Source: Bacillota bacterium (GTDB lineage Bacteria; Bacillota; Desulfotomaculia; Desulfotomaculales; JASEER01). Taken from it: 24,000 nucleotides of DNA. Location of the stretch: assembly GCA_036804525.1 (NCBI GenBank), contig DAIRSE010000016.1:5661-29660 (forward strand), written 5' to 3'. Numbering within the stretch: position 1 is the first letter of the stretch; each line of letters begins with the position of its first letter. The translations under genes and the position numbers were made by a program. Below, piece after piece: positions 1-8,442 of this stretch. A model generated the notes under the pieces. It searched no databases, was not told the DNA's origin, and saw only the letters and a program-made list of their open reading frames with translations.

Positions 1-185
1 CAGGACGGTGACTCCCAGAGAGAGACTCTGGGAATTGCGGCTCCCGGCAGCGGGATGTCCTTCCTGAAGGCTGACGGTTTGCCTCTTGAAACCGTTGGTT
101 GAAATGTTGGCCACATTGTGGGCCGTGACATCTATCCTGCGTTGGGTAGCCTGCAGCCCGAGAAACGAGGTATGGATCCCCCTGA

Positions 186-659
186 TCAAAATGTGCAGCC
201 CCCTTTCAGGCGCATCTTGTGCATTTTCAGCATCAGTTCAATCTCCCCCTGTCCGCGCCCCAGTTCCTGAGCAATACTTTCGATGCTCTTGCCTTTCTCG
301 TAGGCTTTGGCCACCTCCTCCGCCAGCGAAGGGACCGCGACATTGTATGGTATACCCACCACACTTAAGGACTCAAGCTGGATCTCCACCTTGGCCAAGC
401 CTTCCTTGACGCCATCCAGGCCGGTTCTCAACGCAGCCAGCTCGGCCGCGATTTTCTCCAGGCGCTCGTCAAGGTTGACCTGTTCCTCAACCGCCGCCGC
501 CAGCTCGCCTTCAAATCGCTGTTGTTTATGCGCCCTGCGCCGTATGATCAGCCAGCCCAGCGCCGCCAGACCCAGAAACAACAGAACGATCACGCCGATA
601 TAGACCAGGCTGAACGCCAACGGGTTGGTCATGAATAAGCTACTTGGCATCGCGTTCAC
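186..659 (-). CDS. small membrane-anchored coiled-coil protein with C-terminal HTH-like motif; last gene of the fla operon (SwrB position after fliA)
   Basis: 157-aa ORF overlapping the fliA stop (TAG, 640-642). It has an N-terminal hydrophobic helix (LAFSLVYIGVIVLLFLGLAALGWLII) followed by RRR, then an Ala/Glu/Leu-rich helical segment. The C-terminus carries KGKSIESIAQELGRGQGEIELMLKM, which looks helix-turn-helix-like. The start is ambiguous: GTG 659, ATG 650 (preceded by AAAGGGTG) or ATG 632. Confidence 0.65.
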   Translation of the reverse strand: MNAMPSSLFMTNPLAFSLVYIGVIVLLFLGLAALGWLIIRRRAHKQQRFEGELAAAVEEQVNLDERLEKIAAELAALRTGLDGVKEGLAKVEIQLESLSVVGIPYNVAVPSLAEEVAKAYEKGKSIESIAQELGRGQGEIELMLKMHKMRLKGGCTF

Positions 660-1413
660 CCTTTTTCTCCAACTCCGTGATTATCTTGCGTAGCCGGTTG
701 ACAGCCTTGGTATGCAGTTGGCAGACCCTCGATTCGGAGACGTTAAGCACCAGGCCGATTTCCTTCAGAGTTAATCCGTCCTGGTAATACAGGGCAAGAA
801 TCAGCCGGTCGCGCTCGCCGAGCAGGTTAATAGCCTCAACAAGGGTCTCCTTATACTCCTTGTCTAGCAAGGAGTTCAGCGGATCAGGGCTGCTTTCGTC
901 CTCGAGAAAATCGGTCCAGGAAACCTGGTCCCCGTCGCCGGCAACAAACGGCTCATCCAGAGAAACCGGCGAAGTTGATTGAAAATGGGCCATCAACTGG
1001 TGATACTCGCTTAGGGAAAGGCCGAGCGTATCGGCGACCTGCTCGTTTGTCGCGGGCAGGCCGGAATCCTGTTCGATTGTTTCGCGCACGGCATTAATCT
1101 GCTGGAGTTTTTGCCACAAGGAACGCGGAACCCAGGCCAGCTTCCTGATCTCGTCAAGCATGGCTCCCCTGATGCGGTAGTAGGCATAACCCTGAAAGTC
1201 CGTGCCGTGCGAAGGATCATATTTCTCCACGGCTTCGATCAGCCCGAAGACTCCCCATCCTTCAAGGTCCTCCTGGGCTACAAAGGAAGGAAGGCGCACG
1301 GCCAGGCGCCCGGCGATATGCTTCACCAGGTGCAGGTGCGCGAGAATCAGCTCTTCCCGCAGTTCGCTGCTGCGTGTTTCGAAATACTTTTGCCAGGTTT
1401 CTTCTACAGTCAA
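640..1413 (-). CDS. fliA: flagellar sigma factor sigma-28 (FliA/SigD/WhiG family)
   Basis: 257 aa with sigma-70 region 2 (HLHLVKHIAGRL, DLEGWGVFGLIEAVEKYDP, YAYYRIRGAMLDEIR) and a region 4 HTH (LTLKEIGLVLNVSESRVCQLHTKAVNRLR). It sits at the distal end of the fla operon, as sigD does in Bacillus. Confidence 0.93.
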   Translation of the reverse strand: MTVEETWQKYFETRSSELREELILAHLHLVKHIAGRLAVRLPSFVAQEDLEGWGVFGLIEAVEKYDPSHGTDFQGYAYYRIRGAMLDEIRKLAWVPRSLWQKLQQINAVRETIEQDSGLPATNEQVADTLGLSLSEYHQLMAHFQSTSPVSLDEPFVAGDGDQVSWTDFLEDESSPDPLNSLLDKEYKETLVEAINLLGERDRLILALYYQDGLTLKEIGLVLNVSESRVCQLHTKAVNRLRKIITELEKKGERDAK

Positions 1414-1415
1414 GC

Positions 1416-2078
1416 CTACTCACCTCTTACAAGCAGAGACTTCTGCCTGCTCATTTCTCTGAGAATAAACCCGACTATCCTGTCCTGGTCACTGACGCTG
1501 ATGTCCTTGAAACGGACCGACACCTCTTTGAGACGCGGATCCTTCGCCGAGGGTTCACTCCGTACCACCTTCGCCGTGGCCTGGATCGGCCGCAGCGGCC
1601 GTGAACGAGGCAGCACGAAGCTCAACGCGAGCAGTTGGTTGACTGCATACGACTTCCGGCCCGTAAAGCGCAACCCCCCGCCGCTGATGTTGATCACCCT
1701 GGCATCCTCGCGTCCCGTATTACTGAACTCGTCTTCAGGAGACGGCCAGACCTGAACGGCGAAAAACGTGTCGATGCGCGCAAATTCGCGCCGCTGAATG
1801 CGCCTTACGGCCGAAGGAAGCTTGACGGCGTACAGGATCGTGTCGGCGGTCACCTTCTCTTGCACCAAAGCCTCAAAACTGTAAACCGCATCCCCTCCGG
1901 AAAACCGTATCCGCACCTCGTCCCCCGGTTCCAAAATCATCGGTACGCGCTGCTGGTAGGGACATGTGAATACCAGAAGGCCGTTCGCGGTTTCGTGCAC
2001 AGCCGCCACATAATACTCCGGCGGGTCGAACATCTTGGCTACTTCAAGTTTTAGGCCCGGAACAAAGTACTCTATCAT
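1416..2078 (-). CDS. PilZ-domain flagellar brake protein (YcgR/MotI-like c-di-GMP receptor)
   Basis: 220 aa. Both canonical PilZ c-di-GMP motifs are intact: RRxxxR (RREFAR) and, about 30 residues later, D/NxSxxG (NISGGG). An N-terminal YcgR-N-like beta domain is present. The start ATG overlaps the flhG stop (TGATG). Confidence 0.85.
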   Translation of the reverse strand: MIEYFVPGLKLEVAKMFDPPEYYVAAVHETANGLLVFTCPYQQRVPMILEPGDEVRIRFSGGDAVYSFEALVQEKVTADTILYAVKLPSAVRRIQRREFARIDTFFAVQVWPSPEDEFSNTGREDARVINISGGGLRFTGRKSYAVNQLLALSFVLPRSRPLRPIQATAKVVRSEPSAKDPRLKEVSVRFKDISVSDQDRIVGFILREMSRQKSLLVRGE

Positions 2079-2950
2079 CAGGCAAACAACCGGCAGAGCC
2101 TGTTGACGAAAGACTCTACGGCTCCTACTCCTTTCCCGCCCTGACCGGTGAGAGCCAGGGCGATATTCTCAATATTTCTTGAAGCCAGCGCCTTAGGGTT
2201 GCTGACAATAAAAGGCTCCTGATCCCTGACCGCCTGGGAGACGACGGCGTCGTCCACAACCGTTCCCGCGTGGTTGACCCGGAAATCCAGAAACCGTCCG
2301 GCTGCCGAGGCGAGACGTTTTGCTGTCAGCAGCCCTTCAGCATTGTTCCTGGCCCGGTTAACGATGACCGATGCGTCGTTACGCACCTTGTTCTCCGCCA
2401 GGACCTTCATTAGGGCATAGGCGTCGGTTATGGAAGTGGGCTCGGGCGTAACCACGAACAGCACTTCCTGAGCCGCGGCCACAAAACCAAGTACCGTCTT
2501 GTTGATGCCTGCCCCGGTATCAATCAGCAGGAAATCGGCCATCAACCCCAATCTCTTAAATGACTCAAGCACGTGTAAACGCATCCCCTGATCAAGGCTG
2601 GTCATTTCCTGGATACCTGAACCGCCTGAAACAAGTTTCAAGCCGAAAGTCGTCTCCCAGACCACTTCGCTGATGTCCTTCCCTCTGTACAAAACGTCAA
2701 AGAGAGAAAACGGGGGCGCGGTCCCGAGAAGTACCTCGGCATTAGCCAAGCCAAGGTCCGCATCCACAAGCACAACCCTTTTGCCGGCCCTGGCCAGGGC
2801 CAGGCCCAGGTTAACGGCGATACTGGTCTTGCCTACCCCGCCTTTCCCGCTGGTGACTGCTATAACACGTGACGCGCATTCGATCGCGTGCCGTTTCCCG
2901 GCCAGCTTCTGCTGCATAGCCAGGCGCAGGTTATGTGCCTGATCAAACAC
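2078..2950 (-). CDS. flhG: MinD-type ATPase FlhG (YlxH), flagellar number/placement regulator
   Basis: Deviant Walker A (SGKGGVGKTS). An N-terminal DQAxxLR FlhF-activator motif (FDQAHNLRL) and a C-terminal amphipathic tail are present. I place the start at GTG 2950 (AAGGAGGTG, then 6 nt) rather than the ORF-track TTG 2971. Confidence 0.9.
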   Translation of the reverse strand: MFDQAHNLRLAMQQKLAGKRHAIECASRVIAVTSGKGGVGKTSIAVNLGLALARAGKRVVLVDADLGLANAEVLLGTAPPFSLFDVLYRGKDISEVVWETTFGLKLVSGGSGIQEMTSLDQGMRLHVLESFKRLGLMADFLLIDTGAGINKTVLGFVAAAQEVLFVVTPEPTSITDAYALMKVLAENKVRNDASVIVNRARNNAEGLLTAKRLASAAGRFLDFRVNHAGTVVDDAVVSQAVRDQEPFIVSNPKALASRNIENIALALTGQGGKGVGAVESFVNRLCRLFA

Positions 2951-4046
2951 GGCGTCCACCTCCTTGCACAACCAGGGAAGCCAGCTTCGCCGGGTTTACG
3001 GCCTCTATATCGTCGGGCACGCTCTGGCCATTCGTAACGTAGACAACCGGTTTCTGCGTCAGCTGCACAAGGTTGACAATCGCACCCAAAGTCTCTGTTT
3101 CATCGATTTTCGTCACAATAAGCTTGGAACACTTGAGAAGCGCAAAATCCTCAGCCTGCCTGGCCAGATCGGCAGCCTTGGTAGGGGCGCTGAGCACCAG
3201 AACGACATCCAATTCCTTATCTATTACATCGGTAAATTCCTTCGTCTGCATTACCTGTTGATAGCTATAACTTGGGCGTCCCGCGGTATCAACCAAAATA
3301 TAGTCCTTGTCATCGTGATGCGCCAGGGCATCCTTAAATCCCGCCGGCGTATGGGCGACCTCCAGCGGGACGCCCATTATCTCGGCGTAGGTCCTGATCT
3401 GTTCGACCGCGCCGATCCTGTAGGTATCAATGGTGACAATCGCCACCGACCGCCCAAACAGGACAAGTTGGCCGGCAAGCTTGGCCAGGGTCGTTGTTTT
3501 GCCTACGCCGGTGGGCCCCACAAAAACGATAATCTTCTTCAGGCGGAGATCCCGGTAGTGATCTCCCACCAGGCCGGCAATCGCCCCTTCGAGGACCCTT
3601 TCGGCAGATTCTTTTGCATCGTCGTTCAAAAGCCCCCGTATCGCAGCTGCATCCCCGACAATCCTCTGCGCGACCGTAACGTCGACCTCGCGCCGCACCA
3701 GGAAGTCCATCCAGAGTTCGGTATCGTGGTGTTGCTCGTTTTGGTCCCGAGGCACGACCTTGGCAAGAAGGCTCTTCACCTCGGCCAGTTCCTGCAACAA
3801 GACGATACTGTCTTCGAGGGTTCTTGCTTCGGCCGGACGCAGCACTCCCGGAAAACCGCCTGTCTCGGCCGGGCCGGGCGTATCCAGGGCCGCCGTGACC
3901 TCAAGAAACCGGGGCTTCAGGCAGCCCGCCAGACCGCGTGCCCTGACCCGGCGGCTCGAAATAATAACGGCGTCCGGACCCAGGTCGGTCTTAATCAGTC
4001 CCAGCGCCTCCTGCATGTCGCGCGCCAGGTAGCGTTTAATCTTCAT
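2943..4046 (-). CDS. flhF: SRP-type GTPase FlhF
   Basis: 367 aa. G1 motif is GPTGVGKTTTLAKLA, G3 is DTAGR, and TKIDE matches the G4 position. The start overlaps the flhA 3' end. Confidence 0.92.
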   Translation of the reverse strand: MKIKRYLARDMQEALGLIKTDLGPDAVIISSRRVRARGLAGCLKPRFLEVTAALDTPGPAETGGFPGVLRPAEARTLEDSIVLLQELAEVKSLLAKVVPRDQNEQHHDTELWMDFLVRREVDVTVAQRIVGDAAAIRGLLNDDAKESAERVLEGAIAGLVGDHYRDLRLKKIIVFVGPTGVGKTTTLAKLAGQLVLFGRSVAIVTIDTYRIGAVEQIRTYAEIMGVPLEVAHTPAGFKDALAHHDDKDYILVDTAGRPSYSYQQVMQTKEFTDVIDKELDVVLVLSAPTKAADLARQAEDFALLKCSKLIVTKIDETETLGAIVNLVQLTQKPVVYVTNGQSVPDDIEAVNPAKLASLVVQGGGRRV

Positions 4047-6105
4047 TCCACATCACCGTACCCAGTACTTCCAGCTCTACCAGGTTGCTCACCTCGGTAA
4101 GGGCGAGAACGGGAACCGTCACGCCGTGGTGATCAAGGAAACGGCGCAACGGCAGCCGGATCCTGCCGGAACAGAGAATGACCGGAACAACCCCGCGCCT
4201 CCCGGCTTCCTCGACCGCACCGACAATCGCCTTGGCCGCCCGCTGTGCCGCCTGAGGCTCGAGCAGCGGGTAGTTGCCGAAGGAGGTCATCTGAATGGAT
4301 TCGGCAATGGCCTGCTCCAGCCGCGGATGAAGCGTGACGGCCGGCAGCTTCCGGTTTTCGTCGGCATACTGCAGGGAGATTGTGCGCGCCAGGGCCTGGC
4401 GCACCGATTCGGTCAAAAAGTCAATATCGCGGTTTATCCTCGCCCCGTCGGCCAAAACCTCCAGGATGCCTACGAGATCACGGATGGGTACGCCCTCCTT
4501 AAGGAGGTTTTGCAGCACCTTCTGAACCTCGCCCAGGGTCAGCAGGTTGGGCACCAGTTCCTCAACGACGGCCGCGTTTTTCTCCTTGACCACGTTAAGG
4601 AGTTCCTGCAGCTCCTGCCGCCCCAGGAGTTGCCACCCCTGACGCTTAATAAACTCCGACAGGTGGGTGATCAAAACCGTGACGCAGTCGACAACGGTGT
4701 AACCCTGGGCCTCGGCCTGCTCCCTTTCCTTCTCCGTTATCCACCATGCCGGCAGGCCGAAGGTGGGCTCCTTGGTCGGGATACCCCTTATACCGCCGCC
4801 GCTCCCCGGGTTCATCGCCAGGTAGTAGCCCGGCATCAGTTCACCCTGGGCCGCTTCCACGCCACGCAGCTTGAAGACGTAGCTGTTGGGCTTCAGCTGC
4901 AGGTTGTCCCGGATTCGGATGGGCCGGACGTAAATACCCAGATCCTGGGCGCTCTGCCGCCGTACAGCCGCCACTCGCTGCAAAAGGTCCCCTCCCTGTT
5001 CCTCGGAAGCAAGAACGACGAGGTTATAGCCGATCTCCACTTCGAGGGGATCAACCTGAAAGTACTTGAGCACGTTTTCCGGTTCCGGTTTCGGTTCTGC
5101 AGAACGTTTTACCGCCGCGGCCTGCTGCTGGACTCTGGTCTGCTCGGTCTTGACCATGTTGTAGGATATGAGGCCGAGCCCTCCGCCGAGAGAGAGAAAC
5201 AGGATGTTTGGCATACCCGGGAAGAGCCCCATGGCGATCAGGATACCGGAAGCGACCATGAGCACCTTGGGGAAACGGGTCAACTGCTTGGAAATCTCAA
5301 ATCCGAAGCTGGCGTCGGAAGTCGCGCGCGTAACCAGCACGCCCGCGGCCGTGGAGACCAGTACGGCCGGAAGCTGGGCTACAAGGCCGTCGCCGATGGT
5401 CAGAATGGTGTAGGTGCGTAACGCCTCGCCGAACGGCATGTCCATCACGGCGACGCCCATGATAAAGCCGCCGATAATGTTGATAACCGTAATGATCAGG
5501 CCGGCGATCGCGTCACCCTTGACAAACTTGGAAGCACCGTCCATCGCCCCGAAGAAGTCCGCCTCACGTTGGAGCCTGCGCCGCCGTTCGCGGGCCTCTT
5601 CTTCAGTAATCAGGCCGGCATTGAAATCGCTGTCGATGGCCATCTGCTTGCCGGGCATGGCATCGAGGGTAAACCTGGCCCCGACTTCGGCCACACGCCC
5701 CGCGCCGTTGGTGATCACGGCAAACTGGATGACGGTGATAATCAGAAAGACGACAAAACCGACAATGTAACTCCCCCCGACCACCACCTGACCGAAGGCC
5801 TCAATGACGTTGCCGGCCGCGGCCTGCCCCAGGATCAGGCGGGTGGAGGAAATGTTCAGGGCCAGCCTGTACAGCGTCAGTACCAGGAGCAGTGTCGGGA
5901 AAACCGAAAACTGCAGGGGGTCGGTGGTGAACAGCGTTATCAGCAGGACGAGCAGTCCGGCCGTAATGCTGACGACCAACAGCACGTCCAGGGCAAACGG
6001 TGGCAGAGGGATGACGATCAGCAGCACGATGCCGATGATCAGCGCCGCCACCAGATAGTCCAGATTCCGTCTTAACCCTGCCGGATTGAGGAGTGATTCA
6101 GCCAT
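4036..6105 (-). CDS. flhA: flagellar type III export gate protein FlhA
   Basis: FHIPEP-family sequence with an N-terminal polytopic membrane domain and a large C-terminal cytoplasmic domain. I set the start at ATG 6105 (MAESLL), preceded by GAGGTAGCA. The 19 extra ORF-track residues upstream are translated from tandem-repeat spacer DNA. Confidence 0.95.
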   Translation of the reverse strand: MAESLLNPAGLRRNLDYLVAALIIGIVLLIVIPLPPFALDVLLVVSITAGLLVLLITLFTTDPLQFSVFPTLLLVLTLYRLALNISSTRLILGQAAAGNVIEAFGQVVVGGSYIVGFVVFLIITVIQFAVITNGAGRVAEVGARFTLDAMPGKQMAIDSDFNAGLITEEEARERRRRLQREADFFGAMDGASKFVKGDAIAGLIITVINIIGGFIMGVAVMDMPFGEALRTYTILTIGDGLVAQLPAVLVSTAAGVLVTRATSDASFGFEISKQLTRFPKVLMVASGILIAMGLFPGMPNILFLSLGGGLGLISYNMVKTEQTRVQQQAAAVKRSAEPKPEPENVLKYFQVDPLEVEIGYNLVVLASEEQGGDLLQRVAAVRRQSAQDLGIYVRPIRIRDNLQLKPNSYVFKLRGVEAAQGELMPGYYLAMNPGSGGGIRGIPTKEPTFGLPAWWITEKEREQAEAQGYTVVDCVTVLITHLSEFIKRQGWQLLGRQELQELLNVVKEKNAAVVEELVPNLLTLGEVQKVLQNLLKEGVPIRDLVGILEVLADGARINRDIDFLTESVRQALARTISLQYADENRKLPAVTLHPRLEQAIAESIQMTSFGNYPLLEPQAAQRAAKAIVGAVEEAGRRGVVPVILCSGRIRLPLRRFLDHHGVTVPVLALTEVSNLVELEVLGTVMWNED

Positions 6106-6117
6106 TGCTACCTCAAT

Positions 6118-6190
6118 TTCGTCGTACGCCGTTCGTCGTACGGAGTTAAAACCATCGACCATTCCGACTACCGACTACTAAACTACCAAC
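6118..6190. repeat. short tandem repeats in the flhB-flhA spacer (7- and 14-nt periods)
   Basis: ttcgtcgtacg occurs at 6118 and 6132, a 14-nt period. ccgacta ccgacta occupies 6164-6177, followed by degenerate ctaaacta/ccaact. Confidence 0.8.
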
Positions 6191-6191
6191 T

Positions 6192-7277
6192 CTACTGACC
6201 ACCAGATACACTCTGCCGGTGTCTCTTCAGCCTGTAGACAAAGGCCAGGATTTCGGCCACCGCCTGGTAAAGCTGCACGGGAATCTCCTTCCCGACATCC
6301 ACCTTCCAGTACAGGTACCGGGCAACGTCCCTGTTTTCAACAACGGGCACATTGTGTTCCCGGGCTAAATCTTTGATCAGCCTGGCCATCAGATCGGCGC
6401 CTTTGGCCGTCACCCGGGGGGCCGCCATTTGATGTCCTTCGTAGCGCAGCGCTACGGCGAAATGGGTCGGGTTGGTCACCACGACCGTGGCCCGCGGCAC
6501 CTCCTGGCGAATCCTGTTCAGGGCCATCTGCCGCTGTCGCTGTCTGATCCAGCTCTTAAGGTAGGGGTCGCCTTCCGAATGTTTCAGCTCTTCCTTTAAC
6601 TCGGCGCGGGTCATCATCAGGCTGCGGTTATAGGTGACGCGCTGGTAGGCAAAGTCGGCCAGCGCCAGTACAAGGTACCCGACCCCTACCGTAACGGCCA
6701 GTTTCACCAGCAGGTTCGTGACGGTAACAAACCCCGCTGCGGGAGTAGTCGCGGTCAGGGTAAACAGCTGCAACAGGTGTGCCTTCAAGATCAGGTAGGC
6801 CAGAACAAAGACGACAAGCACCTTGGCACAGGCCTTCCCCAGTTCGAACAGGCTCCTGGTGCTGAAAATCCTTTGCAGCCCGCTGATAGGACTGATCCTT
6901 TCGAGTTTCGGCGCCAGACTTCCGGGAGCAAAAAGGAAACCGACCTGAGCCAGGTTGCCGAAAACGGCGACGATCAAGGCGACCGCCAGCACGGGGGCGA
7001 GCAGGACCAGCATGTTGTGCAGCTCCAGCCGGGCCAGGAAAACCAGGCTCTCCTCGTTTACGTTAAAGGTTGGAAAACTACGGAGGTGGAGCGTAAAAAG
7101 CCTGAAGAACTGTTCAATGTACCAGTCGGAACTGGTGGCCATCAGCGTCACCAGCGCCAACAGTACGAAGGCGCCCGTAAGTTCCTGGCTTTTTGCCACC
7201 TGTCCCCTGCGGCGGGCTTCCTGGATCCGCCGCGGCGTTGCCTGTTCAGTTTTGTTCTGTCCGGCGTCGTTAGCCAA
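6192..7277 (-). CDS. flhB: flagellar export switch protein FlhB
   Basis: 361 aa with four TM segments. The conserved autocleavage motif NPTH is present (VVVTNPTHFAVAL). Confidence 0.95.
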   Translation of the reverse strand: MANDAGQNKTEQATPRRIQEARRRGQVAKSQELTGAFVLLALVTLMATSSDWYIEQFFRLFTLHLRSFPTFNVNEESLVFLARLELHNMLVLLAPVLAVALIVAVFGNLAQVGFLFAPGSLAPKLERISPISGLQRIFSTRSLFELGKACAKVLVVFVLAYLILKAHLLQLFTLTATTPAAGFVTVTNLLVKLAVTVGVGYLVLALADFAYQRVTYNRSLMMTRAELKEELKHSEGDPYLKSWIRQRQRQMALNRIRQEVPRATVVVTNPTHFAVALRYEGHQMAAPRVTAKGADLMARLIKDLAREHNVPVVENRDVARYLYWKVDVGKEIPVQLYQAVAEILAFVYRLKRHRQSVSGGQ

Positions 7278-7279
7278 GG

Positions 7280-8065
7280 TCAGCCTCCCAGATACCGAAT
7301 AACCGTCAGGTAATCCGCGCTCAACCGGCTGAACGTCTTTTGCAGCAGCCAGTTAATCAGGGGCGCGGTCAGCATGATGATCATAAAACCGGCGAAAATC
7401 TTGATCGGAAAACCCAACATAAAAACGTTCATCTGCGGGACCAGACGGGACATCAGCCCCATAACGGCATCGGCCGTAAACAGTATGGCAATCAGGGGTC
7501 CCACGATCTTCAAAGCAATAACAAACATTTCGGCGAATTTGTGAATCACAAAAAGCGTAAGCTCGCCGGTAAGCACCCCGTGCCCGAGAGGAATAATTCC
7601 GATACTCTTCACGAGGCCCTCGATCAAGGCGTGGTGCCCGTTGAGCGTCAGGAACAGCACCAGTGTCCACAGGTAGAAAAACTGGGCCAAAGCAACGCTG
7701 TGCCCCCCGCTCGACGGGTCGATAAACTCGGCCATCGCCAGGCCCATCTGGAGACCCACCAGGGAGCCGGCCACCTGCGCCGCAAAGAAGACAAGGCTGA
7801 CAAACAGTCCTAAGCCCAAACCTACAGCGACCTCGCTCAAGATAGCCAGGGACAGCGACAGCCAGTGATCAGTCGGCGCCGGCGCCGCCGGAACGAGCGG
7901 CAGAGCCGCGAGCGCCAGCATCAGCCCCAGCCCGGCCTTCACCAGGGGGGGCACCATTCGGGCCGAAAACACAGGGCAGACACTCACGAAAGCGGTCGCC
8001 CGGGTAAACACCAGCAGGAAAAGCGCCAACCGGTCCATACCCAGGCCGAATACTTCACCAGGCAC
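7280..8065 (-). CDS. fliR: flagellar export apparatus protein FliR
   Basis: 261 aa, polytopic and hydrophobic, positioned between fliQ and flhB. The GTG 8065 start overlaps the fliQ stop; ATG 8038 is an alternative start. Confidence 0.9.
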   Translation of the reverse strand: MPGEVFGLGMDRLALFLLVFTRATAFVSVCPVFSARMVPPLVKAGLGLMLALAALPLVPAAPAPTDHWLSLSLAILSEVAVGLGLGLFVSLVFFAAQVAGSLVGLQMGLAMAEFIDPSSGGHSVALAQFFYLWTLVLFLTLNGHHALIEGLVKSIGIIPLGHGVLTGELTLFVIHKFAEMFVIALKIVGPLIAILFTADAVMGLMSRLVPQMNVFMLGFPIKIFAGFMIIMLTAPLINWLLQKTFSRLSADYLTVIRYLGG

Positions 8066-8327
8066 GCACGTCAGCCATCCTCAAGAGAATGTCCCCCGTA
8101 AAGCGCAGCATGACGTTGACATACCAGGGCGCAAACAGTAAAAGACCCAACAAGACCGCAATGATCTTGGGCACGAACTGGATCATCTGGTCCTGGATTT
8201 GTGTTGTGGCCTGCAGGATACTGATGACCAGCCCGACAACCAGGCTGATCAGCAGGGGCGGAGCGGCCAGCAGCAGGATCATCATCAATGACTTCTGCAC
8301 CAGTTCCAGGGCTACAGATGAGGCCAT
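8055..8327 (-). CDS. fliQ: flagellar export apparatus protein FliQ
   Basis: About 90 aa with two TM helices (LLLAAPPLLISLVVGLVISILQATTQIQDQ). Start taken at ATG 8327, which lies 7 nt after GGGAGGG. Confidence 0.9.
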   Translation of the reverse strand: MASSVALELVQKSLMMILLLAAPPLLISLVVGLVISILQATTQIQDQMIQFVPKIIAVLLGLLLFAPWYVNVMLRFTGDILLRMADVRAW

Positions 8328-8347
8328 GCGCATCCCTCCCGGATTTG

Positions 8348-8438
8348 GCATCAGGCACTAAGCGCTAGGCTCCAGGATTAGGGGTTAACCCAAGTCATGA
8401 TGCGTAATGCCCCAATCCTAATGCTTAATGCTTAATGC
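8348..8438. repeat. two heptamer-periodic arrays in the fliP-fliQ spacer
   Basis: Plus 8397-8438 reads atgatgc gtaatgc cccaatc ctaatgc ttaatgc ttaatgc. Plus 8348-8382 reads gcatcag gcactaa gcgctag gctccag gattagg. The palindrome GGGTTAACCC (8382-8391) lies between the two arrays. Confidence 0.85.
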
Positions 8439-8442
8439 CGTT

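Noticed and set aside
1-185. A possible downstream minus-strand gene (ATG at 131, open to the window edge), plus hairpins at 13-31 (CCCAGAG..CUCUGGG) and 110-125.
   Set aside because: The ATG sits only 3 nt from its AGGA, and the translated composition is unconvincing. Neither hairpin is followed by a U-tract, and there is too little sequence to call a gene or a terminator. The plus-strand ORF 86-409 is a shadow frame of the 186-659 gene.
2964-5421. Long plus-strand ORFs (2964-4100, 378 aa; 4126-5421, 431 aa). Similar ones occur at 14702-15598, 16803-17636, 11156-11923, 1111-1755 and 12413-13427.
   Set aside because: They lie antisense to well-supported flagellar genes (flhF, flhA, fliI, fliG and others). 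Their composition is Arg/Pro/Gly-rich and low-complexity, which is typical of shadow frames in GC-rich DNA. They have no SD and no recognisable domains.
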